Of a stretch of DNA of 64,000 nt, positions 1 through 12,435 are shown in pieces. Numbering within the stretch: position 1 is the stretch's first letter; each line of letters opens with the position of its first letter. The translations under genes were made by a program, and so were the position numbers. Source of the DNA: the human T2T-CHM13v2.0 reference genome, Homo sapiens; NCBI RefSeq assembly GCF_009914755.1, contig NC_060927.1. One strand, 5' to 3'. A model generated the notes under the pieces. The model did not search any database. It was not told the DNA's origin and was given only the letters and a program-made list of their open reading frames with translations.

Positions 1-111
1 CTAGGGTGCAGTGTGCCCCACCCCAACCAGAGAGCTGAGAGTGAAGAAGTGTTGTGACTTGAACAAAGGGAAATGGATGCTATTCAGGAAAAGCAACAGA
101 TGTCAACTACA
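1..111 (-). mobile_element. MLT1 (J/K/L-type MaLR) LTR fragment, 5' end
   Basis: GGGAAATGGATGC...AACAGATGTCAACTACA is the reverse complement of the typical old MLT1 start TGTAGTGGACATCTGTT. Confidence 0.5.
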
Positions 112-1884
112 AAACACATCCTTCAAGTGAACTCAAATAATTGGGTGATGTGGTTGGGGTGAGAATTCATGTTAACTGTGAAGATAGACATGGGAAACCC
201 AGGGAAATGCAGACAATAGGAACTCTGGGAAGTAAGGATCTTATAAGAGTGGAAACAGCTGTCCATTGTCCATTCAGGACCCAAGGGAGCTCTAGGGACC
301 TGGGCAATGGGGGTGTGGATATTCTTTCTGCTATTCTGCTTCTAAGGGGACACAGCTTCTTCCCCCACCACCCACCATCCATTTTCCGGGCTTCTGTGAA
401 TTTTCTAGTTCCTATCCAAGATGGAAGCAGCCCCTTGACTAAAGGGCCACCTGGGTGGTCTCTGGCCAACCTGTAAATGGGCCAGCCTTGGGTCAGTGGT
501 CACCTCTGCTCCAGCCAGTGGCCCCAGGGACTGGTGCTGCTTACCTGAGCTGAAGCTGTGGACTGGGTACTTTCACCATGAGGAGGAAGTTGAGGCAGGA
601 CACATGCCATCACTGAAAAATCCTCAATATCGCTTCAAATTTTTGTTGGGAAATTTATTTTCTGCATGTCCTCATTTGCACAAGCTTGGGGAACATCCAA
701 TTCATCTAATCATTTTATTCTAAAGATAATGCTATTTGGTATACACATTTTTTCCTTTATTACCTTGGCACAAAAGTGCTGCCTTTAGCTTCTTGCTGCT
801 TTCTGAAGGTTCTCTCACTCAGTTTTAGGCTCCATACTTTAACCAGAGCTTGCATAAAGTAGAGCACAAAAGCCTTTTGTGAAGCACTGTCACCAACATG
901 TCAGCCTGGAGTCAAACTGGCTCCAGGGAGAAAGATGGAAACAGAGTAGTTCCATCAATGAGCTCCAGGAGCATACATTCAAACTTCTCATTATTAATCT
1001 CTGTAAAATATTTCTTCAAGAAGTTGTGCATCACAAAATGCAATATAACATTCATATCAAGTGATACAGAGATAGCTTTAAGCAAGACTTGTTGTACTCT
1101 GTATAATGAATAATGCAATAAAAATACATATTCATTTCCAGATCACAAATCATAGCAATTTAAGCCATCTTCTGCCTTGCAGTAGTATTTTGAGGGGAAA
1201 ATGTGTGTGTGGGCCCCCTCTGCCTTGCTCAGAGGCTCATTCTTCTCCGGGAGGAAGCCTCTCTGCATGCTGTGTTGCACAGAGCTCGTTTATTTCCAGG
1301 GCTCTCTTATCAGGGCTCTGGGGGTGGTGGTGAGGCCATCATTTGAAACACAACCAAGGAAGCACTGCTGTGCTCATGGCACAGTAGGAAATCCGTCTAT
1401 TTTTAAAATATGAGTTTGTCCAAGTTCTCTTGAAACATGTTACCCTGAATACATCATTTCAGCCCTGAGCGGAACAGATGGAAAAAGTCAAAGTTGTTTC
1501 ACTTTTTAAAGTGAGAAAGCTCATTTTTTGGGTCTTGAAATACTGTTTAAGTGACTTGATGGTGGGTATCAAATAAGAAGATTTCCTGGGTCACCCCAGG
1601 GTTGGGGGGCAGTGAGGAACCCTGAATCTTTTTCTGTTTACCAGGGGAGAAAGTACATGCCAGTGGCCTCTGTCTGTGACTATTATGCCTTATGGCCAGA
1701 CTTTAGAGGACTCAGATAATCTTTGAGTCTTCATTGGTGTTACCATTAGAAGTGTTCAAAGGATGTCTTCCTCATCCCCATGGTTCCCATTCACCTGGTA
1801 TTTCAGGCTCTGTTCTTTTTTTCTTCTCAGATTTGGGAGAAACTCTGCTAAGGATGTGACACGTGTTTGCTCAGTTCCTTCTTC

Positions 1885-2087
1885 CTGGGCTTCAGTACAG
1901 GATCTGGTATATAGTTGGTGCTCAATAAATGTCTGTTAAACTGGCAAGTGAAATGAACAGCCCTATGAGGTTAGTATTATTACTTTGGTTTACAGAGGAG
2001 TGGTCAGAGACTCAGCGAGGTGATGTCACTTCCAGGGCGTCTGTGTGGTTCAAGTCCTTGGCTCTTACACCCTCCGTATGCCACCTC
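1885..2087. mobile_element. L2 3' tip (+) followed by MIR fragment (-)
   Basis: CTGGTATATAGTTGGTGCTCAATAAATGTCTGTT (L2 end); ACAGCCCTATGAGG...TTTACAGAGGAG (MIR core, antisense). Confidence 0.55.
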
Positions 2088-2539
2088 TAATGGATTCTCC
2101 CATTTGACTCTCACGTGTCATGGAAGTGGTTTGCAGGCTGAAACTCTTGAGTGCACAGACTTAGAAGTAATGTAAAACACTTTGAATTTTACAACAGTGA
2201 TTGGTCCATTACTGTTGGCAGCTTGGGAGTTGTGAGCATTTCAACATTCTGAGTTGAAATTCAACCTGAGAAGCGAGGTTTCTGGGTGCAAACAATATAT
2301 AGTGCTTGCCCAGAATACCTGTTTACTCAGTGGAGTTGGGTTGTTTTCTCTACAGAAGACCTAAGAGATAAACTAGGTGTGAACTGGTTTTCTTGCCCCA
2401 GTTGGTTCCAGAACTGCCTCCAGAGTTATTTCTAATATGTGAATCTTTGCCTGTAAGTGACTTCTTGTTGTCCACGGTGTAAACTCCAAACTATGTCATG
2501 GCCTACAAGTCTTCTGGGATGAACCATATGATAGGCCTT

Positions 2540-3115
2540 CCTATATCCATCCCATTCCTCTCCCTTTGTGTAGCAGCCACATGGTTTACAAAGACAAGCC
2601 CTCCAGCTTCAAAGGTAGCTCAGATTGGTCTAAGCCAAAAAAAAAAAAAAAGAAAAAAAAAAAACCCTTCCTGTTGTGGTAGTCATTCATTGGGATATCC
2701 CAGACCTAAGTCAACTAGTCCATGTCTTTCTCTAGCCATAGCGATTGGCTTATAATATAAAGCCCAGGGCTCTCATTAGATGGTCTCAGGGTCAGGCATT
2801 CTTTCTTTCCTGGATGTTGTTTGGGAAGCATGTAACCTTGGTAGTTGGCAGCCACCCTGTGAGCATGAGGACCATCCAGTATTAGGATGAAGAAGACATA
2901 CAAATGAGGAAAGAGTAGAAATGTAAAGAAACCAGCTTTTGGTGATATGATTGAGTCATGGGACCAAACCAGTGCTAAACCTGACCATGCGGGTATTTAT
3001 ATTTTTAAAAGTTGTAAATTTACCTGGGTCCAAAACAATAAAACATTTTTATTGTTTGGGCCAATTCAAGCTGCGTTTCTTGTTATTATCAACTGAAAGC
3101 CTTCTGATTAATATG
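2540..3115 (+). mobile_element. MLT1K-like MaLR solo LTR with an internal A-rich tract (2637-2663)
   Basis: GATTGGTCTAAGCCAA, GGCAGCCACC..TGAGCATGAGG and an MLT1-like 3' terminus ...ACTGAAAGCCTTCTGATTAATA. Confidence 0.6.
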
Positions 3116-3439
3116 TTACTGATAATGTAGCCCTGGGAGTCCTTTCTAGATTTATCTCTGCCATTACCTGCATGTGCCAGTGGTGTAGCTTAAAACACTA
3201 CTGGCCATTCTTAGAAATAAACTCTGTGCATTTTCACATAGGCCTTCAGCATTCTACCTCTCTTTCTATGTTGTAAATTCCAACTCATCCTACAAAATCC
3301 AACCCAGTATCACCTCCTCTAAAACGATGCCTGCTCTCCTTTAGTCTATTCCAGGAAGAACTAATGGCTTCCTTCTTAGTGTCCCCCAAGTATTATCTAT
3401 ATACCCATAATAGAGCAATTTAAAGACATTTGACAATAA

Positions 3440-3680
3440 TAATTTAGCAGCTCTAATAGGGATTGTTCTGCTGTTCAATGTACTTTGCAGGTATTATCTT
3501 GTTTAACCTTTATAGCTGTCCTATTATACTGACATTAGTATGTCTTTTAAATATAAAGACATCTTAGAGACATAAAGAGACTTATCCAAAGGTCCACAGC
3601 TTCTAAGAAGGAGAAGCTGAGACTTAGGTCATCTAACTTCACAATCTGTGCTCTTAAGGTCTGTGCAGTGTTCTCTTCCC
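3440..3680 (-). mobile_element. MIR, diverged
   Basis: GACTTATCCAAAGGTCCACAGCTT...GAAGCTGAGACTT...TGTGCTCTTAA resembles antisense MIR. Confidence 0.55.
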
Positions 3681-3771
3681 TGCTTGTGAGTTTTTTGAAG
3701 TCAAACACTATCTTTCATTCATGGGTGCCTGAACAAATGCCCTAGGCACTCTGAAAATGCTAGTAGTATAC

Positions 3772-3853
3772 ATGAATGAATGAATGAATGAATGAATGAA
3801 TGAATGAATAGATGGATGGATGGATGGATGGATGGATGGATGGATGGATGGAT
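3772..3853 (+). repeat. Compound microsatellite (TGAA)n(TGGA)n, probably expanded from an L2 3' tail
   Basis: Directly visible; preceded by the L2-like CCTAGGCACTC...ATGC end. Confidence 0.95.
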
Positions 3854-4078
3854 TTAAGCCCTTCACATCACAGATGAGAAAACCAGGACTCAATTTAAGT
3901 GACATGTGTTGTAGGCAAAAGTGCAGATGACCACTGAAATTTTTCTACAATATCTTGCCACCTTTGGAAGAAAATTATATGTTCTCTACAAGAAATTCCC
4001 GAAAGCAAGAGGGTAAAAATAAAGCTCAAAGATGTCTGGACTTTTTCTTTCTCACCCTGGAACCAGAGCATGTCCCTC

Positions 4079-4102
4079 TTAGGGTTAGGGTTAGGGTTAG
4101 GG
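4079..4102 (+). repeat. Interstitial telomeric sequence (TTAGGG)4
   Basis: Four perfect TTAGGG units. Confidence 0.95.
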
Positions 4103-4775
4103 TGGTAACCTGAATGAAGCAGAACATTCTCATCCCCTTCTCCAGAGTTCAGGGCGTATCTTCATTTTTTAACTCTTTTCAAATTGCTACTGACACCTAA
4201 ACTAACTTGGTATTAAAAGAAAATAGAGCCAAATCACATTCAAAGTGTTCTGGATTGGGAGTCTTATTTATAACTACTTAGACATCAGGTTTCTAAAGAG
4301 GAAAGGGGGGGTGTTGAGCACAAAATTCAGAAGAACATTTGAAATTAAGAAATAGAATCACACGTCATCCTAATTAGCCAGGAGTGGAGTAAAAATTCTG
4401 CACTTCTGTCATGTTGCCACCATGCAAGAGCAAACTGTGACATTAGTTTAATTACATAAATTTATGAGATGAAAAGAACAACTTTTATAATCATTCAGAC
4501 AATACTCCTATTCAGTTTGCTGTGCAATATCTTTATTTAATCCTTCTTAAAGTATGTATTAGATTCATTTTTCAGGAAGCCTCAAACGTATCTGTATTTT
4601 AATGACTTGAGGGGGCACTTTTCATTTCCCTCCTCTGATTTCTTTAAATGGGTGTCCTCATCGAATGTCCATGCTCCATAAGCTTGTCCACCTGTGTATA
4701 TTTGACACCAATGCAATCAGCATCACCGAAAGAAAGAGCATGAGAAAAGTCCCCCAGAAGTGATTCTCTTGGGGT

Positions 4776-4794
4776 TGACTCACGTCATGAGTCA
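4776..4794. promoter_or_regulatory. Candidate AP-1/CRE composite element
   Basis: TGACTCA-CGTCA-TGAGTCA; motif match only. Confidence 0.4.
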
Positions 4795-4872
4795 TAATTC
4801 TTCTTCACCATTATCATAGTAGCTCCCATTTATTGACTATGAACTTGGTTTCATCATTGCATTTACTAAGTA

Positions 4873-5205
4873 CAGTCATCTATCAGTATCTGTGGGGGAT
4901 TGGTTCCAGGACCTTCCTCAGATACCAGAATCAGCAGATGCTCAAGTTCCTGACATAAAACGATGTAGTAGGTGCATGTAACCTATGCACATCCTTCCAT
5001 ATACTTTAAATCATCTCTGGACTACTTCTAATCCCAAATACAACCCTACATATTATTTCATTCTCATGGATTCAGTGGAGTACCTGGTGTGCAGCAAAAT
5101 CAAGTTTTGCTTTTGGAGTTTTGTGGGATTATTTTTCTGAATATTTTCCGTCTGTGGTTGGTTGAATTCATGGATGAGAAGCCTACTGATACAGAGAGTT
5201 GCCTG
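4873..5205. mobile_element. MER2/MER2B (TcMar-Tigger) non-autonomous DNA transposon
   Basis: CAGTC...CCTG termini flanked by TA on both sides; GGGGATTGGTTCCAGGACC signature. Confidence 0.85.
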
Positions 5206-5336
5206 TAGCTTCCTCAATCATCTCTAAAACTCCTTGGAGAGTCACAGTGCCTGTCCTGCTCACACCTCCATCTAAAGGAAACTGCCCCAGCCCCACTGCC
5301 CAGGGACCACCTTTGAGGTCACACGTGCCTGCTTCT

Positions 5337-5634
<298 letters not shown>

Positions 5635-6934
5635 CACACGTGCCTGCTTCTAGGGTTGCAAGCTTGACCTACAAACAGCTGACCCACAGACCAGCCAGGC
5701 TGGGATTTTGGTGACCTAATTAAAATATTAGCTTGGCCAATTACTTTCTCTTGGGGATTTTACCTAAGTGCAAAAAGGCCCCGCTAATTTTCAGTGACAG
5801 CTGAAGCAGAAAGGATAGATTATTAAACTGAGATTTTTAGCCTGGGGTCCACAAACCCATTTCAAATCTTTGTGAGATTTGGGGTTTGTATGTATAAATG
5901 GTATGAGCAGATTCACAAATTTGAGGTGCAAGTCAGGTCACACAGCTTATTCACTGATTACTTGCTCCACTCCTTAGCACAAGTTTCACTATCACCCTTT
6001 CAGGACCCCCTTACCCATGAGTAATCCAAGAACTCTGAGGTTCCGCGGTGCTAAGGGGCTCCCTCCAGTTCCCATACTCAAGCCAAGAAAACTGGAAACT
6101 GATCAATCCACCGCTACTGACGCTCCCTGGTGCCATGCTGCGTCTAGGTCAAAGCCTGGTCTCCTCAGTCAACAGCAGATGTCATCGCTGTCCTGATGGA
6201 ATGAGGCCTGTGTGGTTCCTGGACGGAGAACTGAAATAGTGTCTTAGAGCTGGCACAAGATCTCAGTGCTCCAGGGCACCACAGGGGCTGGGTCGGTGCT
6301 CGTCCTGGTGTCTGGTGTAATGTGGACCTGGAGTCCCGTCCTTTTATCTTCCAGGGGACAGGATCTCAAAATGCAAAGCATGCTATCTTCCTTCTCCTTG
6401 TCCCCATCGCAGGAATACCTGTGCTTCACATACCCTTTTGAGTAAAACCCAAAGTGGTAACAGGGTTTTCTCTCTCCCCCGCTTTCTTTTTTTACGTGAG
6501 TCAAAGCTTTGTGAATTCAAGGTGGATTTCTGAAGCTTCACTCACCAACGCAGGGAGAAAAAAATGTTAAATCAACAACAAAGCTTGATCTTTAGATAAG
6601 CATTTCACTACCTATGCATTTATCTGAGAAGTGGGTCCCTAGTTCTGATGGGATTTCCAGGGGCATTCATGGTTCAGCAATAGATGATTAAGAGAGAGAA
6701 AGAATCAAGAACCGCTACTGTAGAGAGAGGGCCCAAGGGCATCCCCGAGGCTGTAAGGGACAGTGTCAGGAGGTGCCTGAGAGTGAATGAGGGGAGCAAG
6801 CCAGCATGCTGGACAGAGAGGAGAAAATGCCTGGCCTGTAACTGAGTTGCATGAAGGGGGTACTTGAGAGAGTGCCACGCAATGTGGCTGCGTCTCACAG
6901 ACACGTCGTGGAGAGAATAAGGAATAAGAACTAT

Positions 6935-7385
6935 AACATTCCATTTATACAAAGCTTGAAAACAAGCAAAATTAACCTACAATAACATAGGTGAAAAGAG
7001 TTATCTGGGAGGGTACCAGCTGGGTAGAGAAGGCAGTGCTGGGCAGGCTGTCTATCAGGGAGAGGGTTACTGTTTCTTAAAGGGCTAGCTGCTGATGATT
7101 TTAGGCTTGGAAACTGCCAGGTCTCTGGGGCAACTACTCACACAGTCATAGACAAGACATAAACAATAGGCGTGGTGGTGTTCTGATGAAACCACAAAAC
7201 CAGTAGCAGACCAGATTTAGCCTGTAGGCCTGAGTTTGCTGACTCCTGATCTATATATCTATTAATATCTTGGTGTGGGGTGGTCGTTACGTTTTGTATT
7301 CATATATAAAAATTCACTGAACTTGTGAATTTCATGATTTAGATACTTTATTGTATGTAAATTATATCTCAGTTTTAAAAAATCT
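6935..7385 (+). mobile_element. Old L1M(E) 3' end interrupted by MER58A (about 7055-7248)
   Basis: ATTCCATTTATACAAAG..AAACAAGCAAAATTAA and TTATTGTATGTAAATTATATCTCA flank a MER58A-like stretch ending AGTTTGCTGACTCCTG. Confidence 0.6.
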
Positions 7386-7425
7386 ATTAAGAGATTAAGT
7401 TTAAAACAAAACAACAAAAATCTTT

Positions 7426-7578
7426 GTGGATTCCATGTAGGTATTTCCTAGAATGAACCAGGTTCTGCAATCCAGAACTCATCAGAGCCTCTGCTCTTGG
7501 GTTTTATGAGGTTGTCAGTGTATCCTCACACCACTCTGTCTTTACTTGAGCCAGCTGGAGTGGGCTTTGTGGCAGAGA
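7426..7578 (+). repeat. Local direct repeat, copy 1 (resembles the 3' part of an old ERVL-type LTR)
   Basis: 133/153 identical, ungapped, to 9091-9243. Confidence 0.9.
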
Positions 7579-8515
7579 AGCCCTCCCAGAGCTCCTTACC
7601 ACCATTCTGTAGGGCAGCTTTTACCACCCGCCATGAACGATGGACCAGGCTCCTGGGGTTAAATAACCTGCCCAGGATCACATAGCTCACACAGAGAATA
7701 CACAGCTCCCACAGCTCAGTCCTTCCATATAACTTTAAAACTCTCTGGACACAAGTCCATCTTCCCCTGGGCAGTTACAGAGAAGCTGCATTTTCTAGGA
7801 TTCGATTCAGCCTCACGTCGGAGTTACCTCATTGCTGCCTAGCCTTTGCATTCTCATGTTCCAGCTCATCGGTGATTGTTTGTTCTTGGTGCTGAACTTG
7901 ACAGGAGATGAAGAAAAACACACAGCCAAGGTCAGAGAGCAGCAAACTCTCTCCTCCATTCAGTCTGTTTTCATGTTTAAACTGCACCGATTAAAGAAAA
8001 TCATCTGGACGTTTTGTCCAAGCACTTGGCCGGGCTGGTGAGGGTCATCCCTGAGCTCCGTCCTCCCATGTCTGTAAGCCTTTGCTTACCCACATCCAAT
8101 CTCACTGATCCCAGGATGAAGACAGAAGAGAGAAAAGGGATTCTGACATTAGCCATCACCATTAGGGTTTTTCAACATCTGACCATTAGGCAAGGTGAAA
8201 AAGAAGAAAAGCTGTTTTTCTGGGCACTTTGGGCCTGAAGAACTTCAGCTACTTAAATCAGAAGCAGAGGCTTTGTTGTTTTGGTTTTGTCTCTGTCATT
8301 TAGAGGGCTCAACCTGTGTCATGAAATGCAGCACTCTTACCTTTGTATTTTGCAGTTAAGTTGTGAGAAAAGCCCTCAAGTGGCCGAGAAGGTTGCTTGA
8401 AAGATGCACGCACCTGGGTGTCTCCAGTCATACTCACACAGGAAGGAGTGAGCAATGAGGGTTAAAACCATCCCCAGACGGGACCACCCCCATGTCTCTT
8501 TGCCTCCCCATCCCC

Positions 8516-8985
8516 TGTGTTGGTTTCCCATGGCTGCTGAAACACATTATCTGAGACTTCGTGGCTTAAAACTGCAGACATTTATTATCTTATAGTCTTG
8601 GAGTCTGATGTGAGTGAGTCTCACTGTGCTAAAATCAAGGTGTTGGCAGGGCTACCTTCCTTTCTGGAGGCCATTTCTTACCTTTTCTGGCTTCTAGCAG
8701 CTGCCTGCCTTTTCCTGGGCTTACAGCCCCTTTCTCCATCTTTGAAGACAGCAATGTTGGATCTCTGCATGCCTTTCTTCCGCAGTCACATCTCCCTTGG
8801 ACCGACACTCCTTTCTCTTCCATTTTTAAGGACTCTTGTGATTACGTCGGGCCCATACGCATAATCCAGGATAATAAAGCCAACCAATTAACTTCAATTC
8901 CATCTCCAAGCTGATTCCCTGTGCCATGTAGCCTAATGTATTCACAGGTCCAGGGATTAGGACATGGACATATTGTTTGCCTCCT
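8516..8985 (-). mobile_element. MLT1C/MSTD-like MaLR solo LTR
   Basis: GTGGCTTAAAAC..ATTTATTATCTTA, AAATCAAGGTGTTGGCAGGGC, GATTAGGACATGGACAT. Confidence 0.8.
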
Positions 8986-9090
8986 GTCCCTCATGCCCCG
9001 ACTCACCAGGGCTGGTACCCAGCCTATCCAAGACACACTCATTTTCCCTGAACATATATGTGCCAAACATAAACAACAACAAAAAGTTGC

Positions 9091-9243
9091 GTGGACTCCA
9101 GATAGGTAGTTCCTAGAATGAACCAGGTTCTGCAATCCGGAACCCAACAGAGCCTCTGCTGCTGGGTTTCATGAGGTTCTCAGTGTATTCTCACATCACC
9201 CTCTGTTTACTTAAGCCAGCTTGAGTGGGCTTTGCTGCAGAGA
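9091..9243 (+). repeat. Local direct repeat, copy 2
   Basis: See 7426-7578; offset 1665 bp. Confidence 0.9.
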
Positions 9244-9795
9244 TGGCATGTATGATGAGTTTCCTGCCTATTTCAGAATCAGGATTGACTAAAATGTTTA
9301 CTTACTTTCATTCAGCGAACCAAACAACACCAGAGTTTAAGGAGCTCAGGTTGCCACATTGCCCTTATTGCAGGGAGACGGCGTCTTTTGCCTGTAGTCA
9401 TTCTCACAGTTCCTGCTTGTGTCTCACCCAGAACCCTGCCTTTACTGACCACAAATTGTCCCCAAATGCATTCGAGAAATTTCTCCAATCCTATATCTAA
9501 ATTTATGGTTCACTAAAGGGGAATGTGCACATCGCATATGAAATATTTGAAATGCTTATTAATTAACATATCACAGCCTGTGCAAATAACACATTACATT
9601 CCTTGCTATTTCTTCAATGACATTTGGAGTATTGGTGGACAGAGCTACAAATATTTTTGTCTGGTCTCGCGGAGACATTCTATCATGGTTTAAGTACGAT
9701 GGATGATTTACACAATAAAACCACAAAACCAGTAAGGAAATGAATAGGCTGACACACATGTGGGCACTCGTAGCATATTGAGAAATTTAGCAAAG

Positions 9796-10045
9796 TGATT
9801 CATGGTTAAGAGTTTGAAATCAAACTGCCTGGGTTCAAATTGTAGCTCTTCCACCTACTAGCTGTGTGCCTTAAGCAAGTTTGCTTACCTTTCTGTGCTT
9901 CATATTTCTCCTCTGCAGAATGAAGATAACAATACCACCTAAGTCATGGGCTTCTTATAAAAGTGAAATTAACTAATACATGTAAAGTGCTTAGAACCAT
10001 GTGTGACACATAGTAATTACTCAAGGAATGTCAATTCTTGTTGGT
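9796..10045 (+). mobile_element. MIR, near full length
   Basis: GGTTAAGAG..CTGCCTGGGTTCAAAT..ACTAGCTGTGTG..TACATGTAAAGTGCTTAGAAC. Confidence 0.85.
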
Positions 10046-10064
10046 GTTATCATTAACATCATTA

Positions 10065-10330
10065 CTATGTGGTAGACACAGGAGGCTCACTTGGTTCAGG
10101 TCCCCTGTCCTCCTGGAGCCTACAGGAGGAAAAAGACAGATAAGTAGGTAGGGAGGAAGTAGCCAAGGGAGGAAAGAACAAGTGCACAGAAATTGAAATG
10201 GGGATCAGGGAAGGTTTCTTAGAAGAGGCAGAATTTAAGCTGAGGCTGACGGGATACAAAGAACTTAGCCAGTGTAGCTAGAGCCAGAGGTGGAGGTGGG
10301 AGTGTTGTAGGAGTTGGGCACAAGGTCTGG
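10065..10330 (-). mobile_element. L2 fragment
   Basis: ATCAGGGAAGGTTTCTTAGAAGAGGCAGAATTTAAGCTGAG. Confidence 0.55.
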
Positions 10331-11710
10331 AGGCCTCAGTAGGATGCTACCTGTGAGTTCCTACTGTGAGTACCAGTGTTGGGTGTTGTCAGGGCCTCCT
10401 GGGCCCACGGGAGCTCCTGTGGGGGCAGTTGCCACCTATTTCTCCCTTCCTCATCGGGTCTTCCCTGTATTCTTTGTCCACCTTTTTTTCTTTCCCTTCT
10501 TTGTTCCTAAAGCCTTGGCCCTGACAGCAATCTCAGGGGGGACAGGTTAATGGCCTCTAGTCTAGATACAGTCCCTTGGGGGTAGGAGGTGTGCACGGGC
10601 TAGATTGTCATCCTTCTGGTCTGGGGACTCTATGATCCCAGATCTTAAACACCAGACTCATCTTTCTCTGCGATATCGTTTCCAGTAGAGCAGTTCTGAA
10701 CCATCAGTCACATGGAGGCTGTGCTGGTCTCTCTCCCATGCATCCAGCATCCTGGCACCACTTGTCCCAGAACATGAATAAAAACTAACTTATGTGAGTC
10801 CTGAAACTCTGGCCTCAGCTTGCAAGAAGAGGGTGTGTTAGAGAATTTTAGGAGCATTATAGACAGCACTAGCCTTTCTCTGGTCATCCTGACAAAGACC
10901 TCAACTCTCCTGCTTTTTTGTTTCTGCTCTAGGTTTGATCTGGCTTTGGCCATTCACTTGGGTAGGGGCTGTCTGGAGTGCTGGAAGCACATGGGCTAGA
11001 ATCTTGTCCGTTGTATAAGTTGAACAAATCTTAGCAGGCTTAGTGTCAACTCTCAGAGCACTCCTTTTTCTCATTTGGAAAACGGGAAAATAATACTGCC
11101 TTCACACAATGGGATGAATCCAAAGCCCCGTGGCCAGCGCCCAGCATAGTCAGTGGTGGTGGTCTGCATCTCGTCATGTCCTCCAGGCTCTGTACATCTC
11201 ATCTGCCCTCCCTTCTCACCCTCTCTTCTCTTACCCACTAGCAGAGCCCTTGCAGCTAAGCTGAGCTACACTTTTCCTGCTTTCTGATTAGGTGGCAGCT
11301 GTCTGATCTTTAACTGGAACAATCTTGCTTATAGAATCTTTGTAAATTAGAAAACAACCAAGCAGTGCATAGCAGAACATTGAGCCACAGGACCTTGAGC
11401 CAAAGATCTCTGTGTCTTCGGTCGAGCAATATGACTGTTCGGTCTCTAAATTTGTGATAGGACCTAAGAGGACTTTTGTGAAGACTAAAGTGAGCTGGTA
11501 TGAAAGCTTCATGTACAGTGTATTGTTATTTTATCATTACACATGTTATATATCATTACATACAATGATAATGTATTTTATCATTAATAACTACTGGCTG
11601 GTTTCTAGATGTTGCAGAGGAAGATGATTAAGTGTCCTCACTGCTGCTTCACTCCCAGGAGCACAGCTGTGATCGTGAAACAACTCTGTCATCAATCGGC
11701 ATCCTCAGAT

Positions 11711-11898
11711 CTGTGCTGTCCATGGTGGTAGCCACCAGCCATATGTGGCTGTAAAATTTAATTATATTAAAATTCTGCTTCCTCAGTCATACCAGCCACT
11801 ACATGGCCCATAGGTACAAATGGCTAGTGGGTACTCTATTGCTCAGTACAAATATGGAACACTTCCATTATCACAGAGCATTCTATTGGACAGCTTTG
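11711..11898. mobile_element. MER3 (hAT-Charlie)
   Basis: GCTGTCCA..GGTAGCCACCAGCCATATGTGGCT ... TTCTATTGGACAGC. Confidence 0.75.
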
Positions 11899-12094
11899 GA
11901 CCAAAGTATAAGTCCCCTCCCCTCATCTCTTTGAAGAGTTCCAGGAATGCCTGCAGTAAATTTTGGGGATGCTACAGAGCCCACAAAGTATATATTTTAG
12001 GTTAGATCATCCCAAATACATCCTTCAAATTTACTATAAATAAAAAGATAAACATCGTTGCTTTGAAAACTGTTGTTAGAATGATGAAGGCAGG

Positions 12095-12435
12095 GGCCGG
12101 GGGCAGTGGCTCATGCCTGTAATCCCAACACTTTGGGAGGCTGAGTCGGGCAGATCACCTGAGGTCAGGAGTTTGAGACCAGCCTGGCCAACATGGCAAA
12201 ACCCCGTTTCTACTAAAAATACAAAAATTAGCTAGACATGGTGCATGCCTGTAATCCCAGCTACTCAGGAGGCTGAGACATGAGAATTGCTTGAACCGGT
12301 GAGGCAGAAGTTGCAGTGAGCTGAGATTACACCACTGCCCTCTAGCCTGGATGACTGAGCGAGGCTCTATCTTAAAAAAACAATTATAGGTGTACGTGTA
12401 TATATATAATAAAAATAAAAAATAAATTTAGAAAA
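12095..12435 (+). mobile_element. AluS with degenerate tail
   Basis: Dimeric Alu from GGCCGG; imperfect TSD AGAATGA..AGGC on both sides. Confidence 0.92.

Noticed and set aside
141-476. Overlapping 111-aa and 100-aa ORFs on opposite strands
   Set aside because: No recognisable domain, non-ATG starts, and lengths expected by chance
1811-1975. Strong-looking splice acceptor at 1830 with a possible donor near 1970
   Set aside because: Such motifs are frequent by chance, and the putative exon runs into L2/MIR sequence with no supporting evidence
7426-9243. Direct repeats as the paired LTRs of a small provirus, or as a CRISPR-like array
   Set aside because: No TG..CA termini, TSD, PBS or PPT; only two copies; eukaryotic context
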